Shown: positions 11,369-21,068 of the stretch, one piece after another
Numbering within the stretch: the first letter of the stretch is position 1
How the letters are laid out: the number at the start of each line of letters is the position of its first letter
From: Candidatus Tayloriibacteriota bacterium
Lineage (GTDB): Bacteria; Patescibacteriota; Minisyncoccia; Phycocordibacterales; HO2-43-120
Assembly (NCBI GenBank): GCA_039934295.1
Contig: JBDTMN010000001.1
Span: 38,091 to 102,090 of the forward strand
Direction of reading: 5' to 3'
Length of the DNA: 64,000 bases
Notes under the pieces: model-generated
Seen by the model: only the letters and a program-made list of their open reading frames with translations
Told to the model about the DNA's origin: nothing
Databases searched by the model: none
Position numbers and translations under genes: made by a program

Positions 11369-11440
11369 GGTATTCGGCGTTTGCGGGGGAATTGTTAGTG
11401 TTATATAATCATCGCATTAGTAATCTAAGCTCTATTTTTT

Positions 11441-12187
11441 ATGAAGCACGAAAAGTTACATGCGGAGCACGCAGGGGCGGAGTCCGCGACAGGTGGTGAA
11501 GGAAAAAAAGTGGAAAGTTCAAAATCTGCTGAAAATCCATTTGCAAAGGGAAGAGAACGTATGGCGTCAATAGGGGGTTTTTTCTCCAGAAAAAAGGAAC
11601 AGGCGATTGCACTTGCCAGTCGAGTTGGAGGAACCGTATCCCGTTTTTGGTCACGGACAAAATCGTTCGGGGGTGAGGCGGTTGCCGCGACACTTTCTGC
11701 GGACGTCTTAGCAAAAAAAGGAGCGCAAGTTGCAGATGAATGGACGAGCAGAAAGGCATATGAGACGGGCGAGTATCTTGGGAAAAAAGGCGCGGAAGCG
11801 GAAGAATGGGTTAAGCATAAAGGTGAACAGGTAAAGGAATTTGCAAAAGATAAGGTTGAGCTTGGGAAAGATGTGGCTTTTTATGCAAAAGAGAAAACTG
11901 TGGAAGGGCTGACCAAAGTCAAAGACGGTGTAAAAAACCGATATGATAAAATTGTAGGCTTTGGAGAAAACGCCATGGCTGCGGCTCGCTTTGAAATAAT
12001 GAAAAGGAAAGATGCCTTTCGAGAAAAAATGAACGCGATTAGAATGAACCGCCTTCTTGAGCAGTACGGCCAAGTTGAAAAAGCGGAATCCGCAAATTCT
12101 GAACGAGCTCAAAGACTCCGAGAACAAAGAGAAGATCTGCAAGAAAAGATCGGGCTCTTGGGAGCATTATCAACGCAGAGAGCTTAA
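11441..12187 (+). CDS. hypothetical amphipathic helical/coiled-coil protein
   Basis: 248-aa ORF rich in K/E/A/G with LEA/apolipoprotein-like periodicity; TATAAT upstream. Confidence 0.7.
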   Translation: MKHEKLHAEHAGAESATGGEGKKVESSKSAENPFAKGRERMASIGGFFSRKKEQAIALASRVGGTVSRFWSRTKSFGGEAVAATLSADVLAKKGAQVADEWTSRKAYETGEYLGKKGAEAEEWVKHKGEQVKEFAKDKVELGKDVAFYAKEKTVEGLTKVKDGVKNRYDKIVGFGENAMAAARFEIMKRKDAFREKMNAIRMNRLLEQYGQVEKAESANSERAQRLREQREDLQEKIGLLGALSTQRA

Positions 12188-12199
12188 TCATCTATACAT

Positions 12200-12559
12200 A
12201 TGGACAAACAAAATTTTATCGAAAAAATAAAAGCGAGCAAAATGAACGAGGAGAGAAAGCAGAAAATTTTTGCCTTGCTTGCCGACCATGACCTCGATTC
12301 AGAAACCAGCGAGCAAATTAAAGATATTATTCAGGAAGACATTGACTCCGACGAAAGCGTTCCAATGACGGCAGATGACCAAAAAGAAATTGATTCTGCA
12401 ACCGAGGAGCTTTCCCGCGACCTCACAAAGATAGAAAAAGATTTAGACGAAGATATGGCATTTGTTGATAAAGAGATGAATGACCTCGAAACCACGGTCA
12501 AAGATCTTGGAGAATCTGTAGATAAGGCGAAAATTGCCTCTATTAAATCGACGATGTAA
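12200..12559 (+). CDS. hypothetical acidic coiled-coil protein
   Basis: 119-aa D/E-rich ORF 12 bp after the previous gene. Confidence 0.7.
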   Translation: MDKQNFIEKIKASKMNEERKQKIFALLADHDLDSETSEQIKDIIQEDIDSDESVPMTADDQKEIDSATEELSRDLTKIEKDLDEDMAFVDKEMNDLETTVKDLGESVDKAKIASIKSTM

Positions 12560-12673
12560 TTACGGATAGCTATTAGCTATTAGCTGTTAGGAAAAAGAAA
12601 ATTTCCCCTGCAAGTGACTTTGGGCGTTTGTTGCTGACCTCTCTCTTGTATTATTGGGATATTCTGAATAATT

Positions 12674-13192
12674 ATGAAAAAGAAACTTCCAAAAGAAAAA
12701 TATACAACTGATGAGGTAAAACGATACATTGGAGCAGTTTCAGAAGATTTTAGAGACCAAGTTAAGGGCATTTCAGAGCAATTTACAGGCCTTAATTTAA
12801 AGATTGACAAGATTCAAGGTACAGTTGATTCTCACACCGAAATAATTGGAGAACTTAAAGTGGATGTTACTATTCTTAAGGAGGATATGAGTGTTCTGAA
12901 GGAAGATGTAGGTGTTCTTAAAAAAGATGTAGGGGTTCTCAAAGAAGACGTCGGTATCCTTAAGGAAGATGTAGGTGTTCTTAAAAAAGATGTAGGGGTT
13001 CTCAAAGAAGACGTCGGTATCCTTAAGGAAGATGTAGGTGTTCTTAAAGAGGATGTAGGCGTCCTCAAGGGTGACATGAAGATTGTCAAAAAAGATATCG
13101 GAGAAATAAAAACAACCCTTCCTAAGAAGGCAAATGCAGAGTATGTTGTTTCAATAGAGAAAAAAGTCGCTCTTCTTGAACAAAAAAATTAG
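12674..13192 (+). CDS. heptad-repeat (LKEDVGV)n coiled-coil protein
   Basis: About 11 heptads encoded by 21-bp tandem units including an exact 63-bp repeat; paralog at 49705..50082. Confidence 0.8.
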   Translation: MKKKLPKEKYTTDEVKRYIGAVSEDFRDQVKGISEQFTGLNLKIDKIQGTVDSHTEIIGELKVDVTILKEDMSVLKEDVGVLKKDVGVLKEDVGILKEDVGVLKKDVGVLKEDVGILKEDVGVLKEDVGVLKGDMKIVKKDIGEIKTTLPKKANAEYVVSIEKKVALLEQKN

Positions 13193-13216
13193 AAATTATT
13201 ATTTAGATTATTTAAT

Positions 13217-13771
13217 ATGCTATACATTATTCTCGGTATAATCGTCGTTTTTATATTGTGGGCCGTATTTGCTTACAATAAGTTTATTTCTCTTATTCAT
13301 CGAACGAAAGAAGCATGGTCCGATATCGATGTCCAGTTAAAGCGTCGTTACGACCTCATTCCCAATTTGGTGAACACGGTCAAGGGCTATGCCACCCATG
13401 AGTCTTCCGCTTTTGAAAATGTTACTAAGGCGCGAGCGGCGGCGATGGGGGCTACGAATCCGGAAGACAAAGCAAAAAATGAAAATATGCTCTCCGGCGC
13501 TCTGAAGTCGCTTTTCGCGGTTGCCGAAGCGTATCCGGATTTGAAAGCCAATCAGAACTTTCTCTCGCTTCAAAACGAGCTTTCCGATACGGAAAATAAA
13601 ATCCAGGCCGCTCGAAGGTTCTACAACGGCAATGTGCGCGACTTGAATATTGCTATTGATGTTTTTCCCGGAAATGTGATTGCCAAGACATTCAAATTCG
13701 GAAAAATGGAATTCTTTGAGCTTGAAGGCGCAGATGAAGCTGCAAAACAGCCGGTGAACGTTAGCTTTTAG
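13217..13771 (+). CDS. lemA: LemA family protein
   Basis: AWSDIDVQLKRRYDLIPNLV, AEAYPDLKAN, ARRFYN. Confidence 0.95.
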   Translation: MLYIILGIIVVFILWAVFAYNKFISLIHRTKEAWSDIDVQLKRRYDLIPNLVNTVKGYATHESSAFENVTKARAAAMGATNPEDKAKNENMLSGALKSLFAVAEAYPDLKANQNFLSLQNELSDTENKIQAARRFYNGNVRDLNIAIDVFPGNVIAKTFKFGKMEFFELEGADEAAKQPVNVSF

Positions 13772-13874
13772 CCTCCGCCCGTTAATGCGATTCTACAGCA
13801 AAAGGACACGGCACAAGTGGTAGTTCACAAATAGTGAAATAGATTATTTGTGAACGAGCCCTTTGCTTAAAAAT

Positions 13875-16025
13875 ATGAGGATGCGATTTCTCACAATTGG
13901 GTTTTTGGCTCTATTTTCAATTTTGGGTACAAACGCAATTGCTTTTGCGCAAACATCAAATTCATGCCCTGATACCACTGGGTATCAGGAGGCTTACGAT
14001 TATTATTGTATTGATCCAACTTTTTCAAAATATAAAGAAGCTTCATTTGCAACTCCTGCAGAATTATCTTCGTATTGTGTAAATATCAAAGCTTGCTTGA
14101 ACGGAACGTTCAATGATTATACGGCTATTGATGATACGGCGGAAGTTCTACAGAAAGAGGGAGAACGAGTAGATAGTTTTGTAGTCTCAATAAAAGTCAA
14201 CCGTGACGCTTCGATTGATGTAGCGGAGACTATTACATACAACTTTGACGCTGAATCCAAACACGGCATATATCGCGATGTCCCTATTAACTATAGGACA
14301 AAGACTGGTTTGAAGATGAGATTGGATCTGAGAAATATTAGTGTTACTGATGAGAATAATCATCAATATCAATTTACAACTTCAAAAAATGGCAATGACC
14401 GAAGGATAAAAATTGGCGACCCCGATGTTCTTATTACCGGCACTCATACCTATGTAATCAAATATTCCGTTCCCCTAGTTGTTGGATTTTTTAAGGATTT
14501 TGACGAAATATATTGGAATGCAATTGGTACTGGATGGCAGATTCCGATACATAATGTGACTGTAACAGTCGAATTACCATCCGTCTTTAAAAAATCTGAT
14601 CTAACCATATCTTGCTATTCTGGTTTTTCCGATTCAACTGATGAATGTGATAGTTACGGTGCTGTTGAAAGTTTTGATTCTGATGATAGTAGTATTCACG
14701 AAATTTCATTTGCGCAGAAATATCTAAATCCCTATGAAGGAATCACTGTTGCCGTTGGATTTCCGAAGGGAGTTGTTGTGGAACCTCCATACGCAGAACG
14801 CTTTTGGATAGGTTTTTTATCTGCAGGCTGGTATTGGCTCATTCTGCCGATTCTTATCTTTATTTTCATGTACCGCCGATGGTCAAAATACGGGAGAGAT
14901 CCGAAAGGTACGGGGGTCATTGTTCCGGAGTACGATGTGCCTGACGGTCTATCACCGATGCAGATAAGGTTTATCTTTAAGCAGTCATTTGGAAACTCGC
15001 TTTCAGCGGAAATTGTGTATTTGGCCACTAAGGGGTATTTAAAAATTTCCAAAGTTACCGATAAAGGGGTTTTTATTTCCAAAGACGATTATGAGTTGGA
15101 AAAATTAAAATTGTCTGACGGTGCACTCAACACTTTTCAGGCAGCGCTCTTAAATGGATTGTTCGAGCCCAATATGGTTGCGCTGAATTCTGCAACCGAA
15201 ATTGCACGGACGATAACGTTGGCGAATTCAGATAAAAACGCTTCAAAAATGACGAAAATTGCGGCACATTTGGTCGAAGGCATGGCGGCAATTGGAGCCA
15301 AGAAAGATATCGAATCGTCACAACGATTGGTTGAAAACAAAGTTCGACTTTCTGATTTACAGTATCGTTTTTTCACTGTGAGTAACATGATTGAGCGATA
15401 CTGTGAGTCGACACTTGTTGAAAAGGGATATTTTCCTGAAGGAAAAAAAACATATTCCACGTATTCAGCTACTATAGGAAATAAAAAAGCTTCACGAGCG
15501 GGGGGCATTATCGTCGGGGCAGTATTTTTTCTTATTTTCGGGAGCACGTTTATCGGAATATTTTTCCAGAATGCCCTAGCAGTAATTGCATACGATGTTT
15601 CCGTACTTATTTGGACTATTTTCCAGATTCTTATGTCACGCATGAGTGAAAAAGGTGTACATGCGAAGGAGCATATCAGTGGATTCAAGCTTTATCTTTC
15701 TGTTGCAGAAAGGGATAGGATTAATTTTCATAACGCTCCGACTAAAAATCCGGAACAGTTTGAGAAATTCCTTCCGTATGCCATGGCGCTTGGTGTTGAA
15801 AAAGAGTGGGCGAAAGTATTTGAAGGGATAGATTTGCCACAACCAAATTGGTATAACGATTCCTCCTTGTCTGCATTTAGCGCAGGTGCGTTTGCTTCGA
15901 ACATGACGTCATTTAGCACGGCAAGCAATTCGTCTTTGGCATCGACACCCGGATCGTCAAGTGGGTCTGGAGGTGGAGGGTCGTCTGGTGGGGGTGGAGG
16001 CGGCGGGGGAGGGGGAAGCTGGTAG
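13875..16025 (+). CDS. DUF2207 membrane protein
   Basis: ETITYNF..HGIYRDVP, YWNAIG, GRDP, FEKFLPYAMALGV and Gly/Ser-rich tail ending GGGGSW; lemA-adjacent; start placed at ATG 13875. Confidence 0.9.
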   Translation: MRMRFLTIGFLALFSILGTNAIAFAQTSNSCPDTTGYQEAYDYYCIDPTFSKYKEASFATPAELSSYCVNIKACLNGTFNDYTAIDDTAEVLQKEGERVDSFVVSIKVNRDASIDVAETITYNFDAESKHGIYRDVPINYRTKTGLKMRLDLRNISVTDENNHQYQFTTSKNGNDRRIKIGDPDVLITGTHTYVIKYSVPLVVGFFKDFDEIYWNAIGTGWQIPIHNVTVTVELPSVFKKSDLTISCYSGFSDSTDECDSYGAVESFDSDDSSIHEISFAQKYLNPYEGITVAVGFPKGVVVEPPYAERFWIGFLSAGWYWLILPILIFIFMYRRWSKYGRDPKGTGVIVPEYDVPDGLSPMQIRFIFKQSFGNSLSAEIVYLATKGYLKISKVTDKGVFISKDDYELEKLKLSDGALNTFQAALLNGLFEPNMVALNSATEIARTITLANSDKNASKMTKIAAHLVEGMAAIGAKKDIESSQRLVENKVRLSDLQYRFFTVSNMIERYCESTLVEKGYFPEGKKTYSTYSATIGNKKASRAGGIIVGAVFFLIFGSTFIGIFFQNALAVIAYDVSVLIWTIFQILMSRMSEKGVHAKEHISGFKLYLSVAERDRINFHNAPTKNPEQFEKFLPYAMALGVEKEWAKVFEGIDLPQPNWYNDSSLSAFSAGAFASNMTSFSTASNSSLASTPGSSSGSGGGGSSGGGGGGGGGGSW

Positions 16026-16127
16026 AAGAAATTTCTAATATCTAATTTCCAATTTTCAACTGAATTTCAAATAAAAATTTGATACTTAAACATCATTTTT
16101 CATTAGAAATTAGAAATTTTCATACAT

Positions 16128-16610
16128 ATGTCCGTCCCTAAAAAAGAATTACACAGAGTTGTTCCTGCGGTCATTATTTACAACAGTGAAGGAAAATTTC
16201 TCATAGTGAAGAGAAGCTCGAGACTCAAAATTTTTCCGGGAAAGTGGCACGTGCCCGGAGGAGGGCTTTCGATGGACGATTATATGAATCTGCCGTCCTC
16301 ATCGCCAAAACAAAAACAGTGGTATTATGTCATAGAGCGGGCGCTTCGCAGGGAGGTTCGGGAGGAGGTCGGATTGGAAATTGGAAAACCTACTTATCTT
16401 TTAGATGTCGCGTTCATTTTGCCCAACGGAGTTCCTGTTATTGTTCTTACGTATTATGCTAAATACGCTTCTGGAAAATTCAAATCGAGCGAAGAATCGG
16501 TCGAAATGGCGTGGGTCTCCGCGAGCGAGGCAAAGAAATATGATTTGATAGAAGGCATCGCGGGAGAAATTGAAATGGTTGATGCAATATTGAAGGCAAA
16601 AAAAAGTTGA
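16128..16610 (+). CDS. NUDIX hydrolase
   Basis: FPGKWHVPGG...ALRREVREEVGL Nudix box. Confidence 0.9.
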   Translation: MSVPKKELHRVVPAVIIYNSEGKFLIVKRSSRLKIFPGKWHVPGGGLSMDDYMNLPSSSPKQKQWYYVIERALRREVREEVGLEIGKPTYLLDVAFILPNGVPVIVLTYYAKYASGKFKSSEESVEMAWVSASEAKKYDLIEGIAGEIEMVDAILKAKKS

Positions 16611-16690
16611 ACGTGTAGCGTGTAACGTGTAACGTAAGAAGAGAAAAGAAAGTTTTTTCAGACGTTACACGTTACACGCTATACGTTACA
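16610..16690. repeat. inverted heptamer-repeat element (TGTAACG family)
   Basis: aacgtgtagcgtgtaacgtgtaacg ... gacgttacacgttacacgctatacgttaca. Confidence 0.8.
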
Positions 16691-16699
16691 AGAATTCTC

Positions 16700-17596
16700 A
16701 TGGCTACCCTCTACACACACCAATCTCAAAACATAGCAAAAACATGGTTTCTTATGACCATATTTTTCGTCGTGGTAATTGCTTTAGGGTGGATCGCTAG
16801 CTATCTCTACGACAGCTCTCTAATTTTAGTTTTTGCGGTAGTTTTTAGCATTGTCATGAACATAGTAAGTTACTGGTTTTCGGACAAAATCGTGCTTTCA
16901 ATCGCAGGCGCAAAGCCTGTATCTCGGGAAGAAAATTTCGAGCTTTATACGATTGTCGAGAATCTCTCCATCACCGCAGGACTTCCGATACCTGCGATTT
17001 ATAAAATAGACGACCCGGTGCCGAATGCTTTTGCAACGGGAAGAAACAAAGAGCACGCGGTTGTCGCCGTGACCACAGGCCTTCTCTCCATAATGAACAA
17101 AAACGAGCTTGAAGGGGTTATTGCGCACGAGCTCTCGCATGTGGGCAACAGAGACATCCTGCTCTCCACGATTGTAGTCGTTTTGGTCGGTTTCATCACC
17201 CTGATTTCTGATTTTTTGCTTCGCAATACCATGTTCGGAAGGAAGCAAAGAGGTAATTCGGACGTTCATCCTATCATGCTCATCATAAGTATTGCTCTTA
17301 TGATTCTCGCGCCAATCATCGCCACACTTCTTAAGCTTGCAATCTCCCGCAAAAGGGAATTCCTCGCTGATGTATCCGGCGCGCTTTTAACCCGCTATCC
17401 GGAAGGACTTGCGAGCGCTCTTTCGAAACTAGAGGAATACGGCGGAGTGATGAAAAGGGCCAATCATGCCACGGCGCATCTTTATATCTCAAATCCGTTC
17501 GGTGCCGGCAAAAAAATTTCACTCTGGAGCAGAATGTTTAGCACTCATCCACCCACAGCGGAAAGAATAGCAGCCTTGAGGGATATGAGGCAATAA
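16700..17596 (+). CDS. htpX: zinc metalloprotease HtpX (M48)
   Basis: PNAFATGR, AHELSH, SRKREFLAD, STHPP motifs. Confidence 0.95.
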   Translation: MATLYTHQSQNIAKTWFLMTIFFVVVIALGWIASYLYDSSLILVFAVVFSIVMNIVSYWFSDKIVLSIAGAKPVSREENFELYTIVENLSITAGLPIPAIYKIDDPVPNAFATGRNKEHAVVAVTTGLLSIMNKNELEGVIAHELSHVGNRDILLSTIVVVLVGFITLISDFLLRNTMFGRKQRGNSDVHPIMLIISIALMILAPIIATLLKLAISRKREFLADVSGALLTRYPEGLASALSKLEEYGGVMKRANHATAHLYISNPFGAGKKISLWSRMFSTHPPTAERIAALRDMRQ

Positions 17597-17605
17597 CGAA
17601 TAGGA

Positions 17606-17640
17606 AAGCGCCCTTTCTACTCGGAGTAGAAAGGGCGCTT
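17606..17640. terminator. perfect 16-bp hairpin between convergent htpX and response regulator
   Basis: AAGCGCCCTTTCTACT-CGG-AGTAGAAAGGGCGCTT. Confidence 0.75.
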
Positions 17641-17729
17641 CACAATCCGACCATACTATTTCACGAATGCCGGAAAATCTCTCTGGTTTACCTGACCACG
17701 CAACCTAATTGTCGTGGTTTTTTAACGAT

Positions 17730-18140
17730 TTATCCGACTCTATCCAACCTCTCTCTCACTTTCTCCACGACATTTTCAATGGTGAAATCGGTTTTCATCA
17801 TATAATAGGCCGGTTCATCTTCGACAACGGCTTGGTTTATTTTTTCCGTGTCGGGGACCACATTTGTGAGAAGAATCACGGGCACTTTCTTACCGTATTC
17901 CCCGCCTTCCTTACGCAGTTTCTTGAGCATAGTGAGTCCGTCCATCACGGGCATGAGAATGTCAAGAATGATAACATTTGGATGGTCTTTTAAGGCGCGT
18001 GTGAGTCCTTCCGAACCATTGCTTGCCTCTGTCACAAAAAAACCCTCTCGCTTGAACTTATCTATAAGAGCCACGCGCATCGCATTTTCATCCTCAACAA
18101 CAAGTAGCACATTCGTTTTTTTTTCTTCTGTTTTATCCAT
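17730..18140 (-). CDS. single-domain response regulator (receiver only)
   Basis: LVVEDE, ILDILMPVMDG, PVILLTN, YMMK. Confidence 0.9.
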   Translation of the reverse strand: MDKTEEKKTNVLLVVEDENAMRVALIDKFKREGFFVTEASNGSEGLTRALKDHPNVIILDILMPVMDGLTMLKKLRKEGGEYGKKVPVILLTNVVPDTEKINQAVVEDEPAYYMMKTDFTIENVVEKVRERLDRVG

Positions 18141-18175
18141 TTGAATAATGAAGTTACAATAATGGTAATTATACT

Positions 18176-20398
18176 CTAGTGAGTTTGGGAAGGCAATTCC
18201 ACCAATTGCTGTTCGCCTTGACGACTTTTCATTCCCGAAAGTGGAATGCTAAAAAAGAACGTTGTGCCCTGCTCTTCTTGCTTGCCGTGTGGGCTTTGGC
18301 GGGCGGGCCCGCCCGACCGAGAGTCGGTCATTCGGGCGGGCGACTCAAACCATATTTTGCCGCCAACCGCATCAATAATTGCTTTAACAATATAAAGACC
18401 CAAGCCCGTGCCATCGGGGTCTATTATCTTGGCGTTGTCGGCTCGGAATAATTTTGAAAATATCTTATCCTGGTCTTTGGGGGGAATGCCACATCCGGCG
18501 TCGGAAACGCGGAAAAGGACCGCGCCGTCTTTTTTGTGTACTGAAACCTGTATTCGCGTTTTCTCGGGGGAATATTTAATACTGTTTGAAATGAGGTTCT
18601 GGAGTATCACACGCAACAATTTTTCGTCAAGTGAGACAAGAGGCAGTGTTGCATCATAGTCGCTTTCGATCTCCACTTTTTTACGAGATAGTTGTGAGGC
18701 AAAATCGGAAAGGACGTTATTTGTAATTTTTTTCACATCAGAAGGGACAGCTTCAACGGTGAATGTTCCCATTTCGATGCGAGACACATTCAAGAGGGCA
18801 TTGACGAGATCTATCATCCGCTGATTTCCGCTATATATTTCCTTCGCATATTGCAGTTGTTTTTTATGCATCACTCCTACGTCGCCGGCAATCAGCATGT
18901 CACCATACCACTTCATGGTCGCGAGCGGTGTGCGCAACTGATGCGAAGCAAGCGATATGAATTCAGTTTTTGCCTGGTCAATTTTTTTCTCTTTGGTGAT
19001 ATCGCGGAATACTTCGACGGTTCCGACGATCTTGCCACCGAGCTTTACAGGGGTAAGTGTAATTGCCACGGGGAATCTGGTGCCGTCTTTTCGGACATAA
19101 TAATATTGATTATCAGAAAGAGAAGTGGTTATGACCTCGCCCAGAAGCGCGATAGATACGGGTCGTTTTTCCTTCGGAACTATGTTTCCTCGTTCGTCCA
19201 TTATAGTGACAATGTCGGTGAATGGCTTGCCAAGCGACTCCTTTGTATTCAAGCCAAGCATGAGTTCAGCTGCCTTATTCATAAGCGTTATCCTTCCTTC
19301 TTTGGTTGGGTTGGTTGCAATCACGCCGTCTCCGATGCTCTCCAATAACGCTTCGTCTGTCGCTTTTTCATGCTCGAGTGAGGCTTTTGAGAACTCCAAA
19401 TCTTCAAGGACGTTTAAGGAGGCTTTCCTGCTATCCTCCAATTCTTTAAGCTTTATCCAGAGCTCCGCCGTGCGCTTCTCGGCGGTCTTCTCCAGGAAGT
19501 GATAATATTCTTCTGTCCTTTTTTCAACTTCCAGGCTTTCCGCGTTCACGGCATCGATTAATCTCGCGTTATAAAAAATGATAAATGATAAAACTCCTAT
19601 GCTTATGATCACCATGAGAGACAATCCGAATTCCAAGTCATAGTATCCGGCGCGCTGTCCGAGGAGGCGAAGCCAGCCGATAAGCGGAAGGAAAATAACA
19701 AAAGCGGTGAGAGAGCGACGAGCCATCACTCCGCCCGAACTATTATTTGTAATATTTTTAATTAGACCGCGGTTCGGGTACAAGAAAAGAGCGCTTAGAG
19801 AGGCGAAGATGAAAGCCACGGCAGTATGGAGCGCAATCTGGGTGAGCCCGACAATCTCATACAGGGGCTGACTCCCGTATGCATAGCCAATAGCTGACAT
19901 AGTCGACAAAAGGAGTGCTCCGAGTATAAGTAGCTGGGATTTTCCGACATTTTTTCCAGATTCACCAATCAGAATTGCAATCGCGAGCAGGGAGAAAATA
20001 ATCGTAGTGATTGGAGCCATTCGTCCCGGATATACGGTGCCGATGGTTCCCGATGGTTCCGTAAAAAGCAACTGGTCGATGCCGAAGTTTGCGTGGAGCA
20101 GGTATTCGAGGAGAGTCAATAAAGAGAGAATGAGGGTCGTATATAAGAGAATGCGCGAGGCGGAGGACTTTTCCCCGTTTTTCTTATTCAATAGGAATAG
20201 CGCCAATCCTATAAGAATAAAGACGACGGCGGTATTGGCTTTCATGGCGACAAGCCCGGGCAGAACACTTTTTAATATAGCGTTATCAAATGCCCAGCCC
20301 ACTAGCACAAAAACTCCAATCACAATTGGAATTACAGCAAATATCCTTGAGGCACTTTTCAAGCGTATTTCAGAAATTGTAGGGGCTGTTTCCGTCAT
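18176..20398 (-). CDS. membrane-bound PAS sensor histidine kinase
   Basis: Multi-TM N-terminus, PAS/PAC (RKDGTRFPV), H-box ASHQLRTPL, NLISNSIKY, DAGCGI, GTGLGL. Confidence 0.93.
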   Translation of the reverse strand: MTETAPTISEIRLKSASRIFAVIPIVIGVFVLVGWAFDNAILKSVLPGLVAMKANTAVVFILIGLALFLLNKKNGEKSSASRILLYTTLILSLLTLLEYLLHANFGIDQLLFTEPSGTIGTVYPGRMAPITTIIFSLLAIAILIGESGKNVGKSQLLILGALLLSTMSAIGYAYGSQPLYEIVGLTQIALHTAVAFIFASLSALFLYPNRGLIKNITNNSSGGVMARRSLTAFVIFLPLIGWLRLLGQRAGYYDLEFGLSLMVIISIGVLSFIIFYNARLIDAVNAESLEVEKRTEEYYHFLEKTAEKRTAELWIKLKELEDSRKASLNVLEDLEFSKASLEHEKATDEALLESIGDGVIATNPTKEGRITLMNKAAELMLGLNTKESLGKPFTDIVTIMDERGNIVPKEKRPVSIALLGEVITTSLSDNQYYYVRKDGTRFPVAITLTPVKLGGKIVGTVEVFRDITKEKKIDQAKTEFISLASHQLRTPLATMKWYGDMLIAGDVGVMHKKQLQYAKEIYSGNQRMIDLVNALLNVSRIEMGTFTVEAVPSDVKKITNNVLSDFASQLSRKKVEIESDYDATLPLVSLDEKLLRVILQNLISNSIKYSPEKTRIQVSVHKKDGAVLFRVSDAGCGIPPKDQDKIFSKLFRADNAKIIDPDGTGLGLYIVKAIIDAVGGKIWFESPARMTDSRSGGPARQSPHGKQEEQGTTFFFSIPLSGMKSRQGEQQLVELPSQTH
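18308..18340. repeat. 33-bp palindromic element inserted in-frame in the kinase gene
   Basis: cccgcccgaccgagagtcggtcattcgggcggg encodes PARMTDSRSGG directly after WFES. Confidence 0.7.
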
Positions 20399-20418
20399 TT
20401 TTTACGCATGACATTTTT

Positions 20419-21012
20419 TTAGATTCCGGCCTTTTTCTTTAAATCGGCATTCTCCTTTTTAAGTTCAACCATTTTTAGCTCACGCCCGACCATGCTCTTG
20501 TTGAGCTTTTCCAACTCTTGCAATCGTGTTGCAAGCTCGGCAGTTCGTTCGGCGACTTTGACCTCCAAATCTTTGGTATACTCGGCCACTTTCTTTTCAA
20601 GCTGAAATTTTTCCGTGATATCTTCTATGGCGAGAATAATCAACTGCACCGAGTCTATCTGTCTCGCATTGAGTCGCATTGTTTTTTCCCCAATTGTGGG
20701 AAAAATATGTTCCACTTCATAATCCCTGACGGTCTTTTTGCTTGGCAAGATGTGCTCCAATAATTTTTTCAGTTCCGGAATATCCCATTGGCCATTGCCC
20801 AAATCGTAAATAAATTTGTTCACGGTATCTTCCGGCGCGACCTTAAAATTGTCGTAGAACACCTGGTTTCCCGAAATCACTTTTAAATCGGAGTCCAGAA
20901 TTAAAAAGGACTCTCTGGATACATCCACTAATGTCTTCATATAATGCAAAGCATCTTCCCTTGTATCTTTGCTTGCTTGTTTCTCTACCTTGGTCGAATC
21001 ATTTGTTTTCAT
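20419..21012 (-). CDS. stand-alone PAS domain + coiled-coil protein
   Basis: RESFLILDSDLKVISGN...LGNGQWDIPEL PAS (CheB/CheR-associated type), LAIEDITE, C-terminal GRELKMVELK. Confidence 0.85.
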   Translation of the reverse strand: MKTNDSTKVEKQASKDTREDALHYMKTLVDVSRESFLILDSDLKVISGNQVFYDNFKVAPEDTVNKFIYDLGNGQWDIPELKKLLEHILPSKKTVRDYEVEHIFPTIGEKTMRLNARQIDSVQLIILAIEDITEKFQLEKKVAEYTKDLEVKVAERTAELATRLQELEKLNKSMVGRELKMVELKKENADLKKKAGI

Positions 21013-21068
21013 GATTTTTTTATTACTAATGATAAATAACTAATAATTGATGAAAATGTTCAAAAAAC

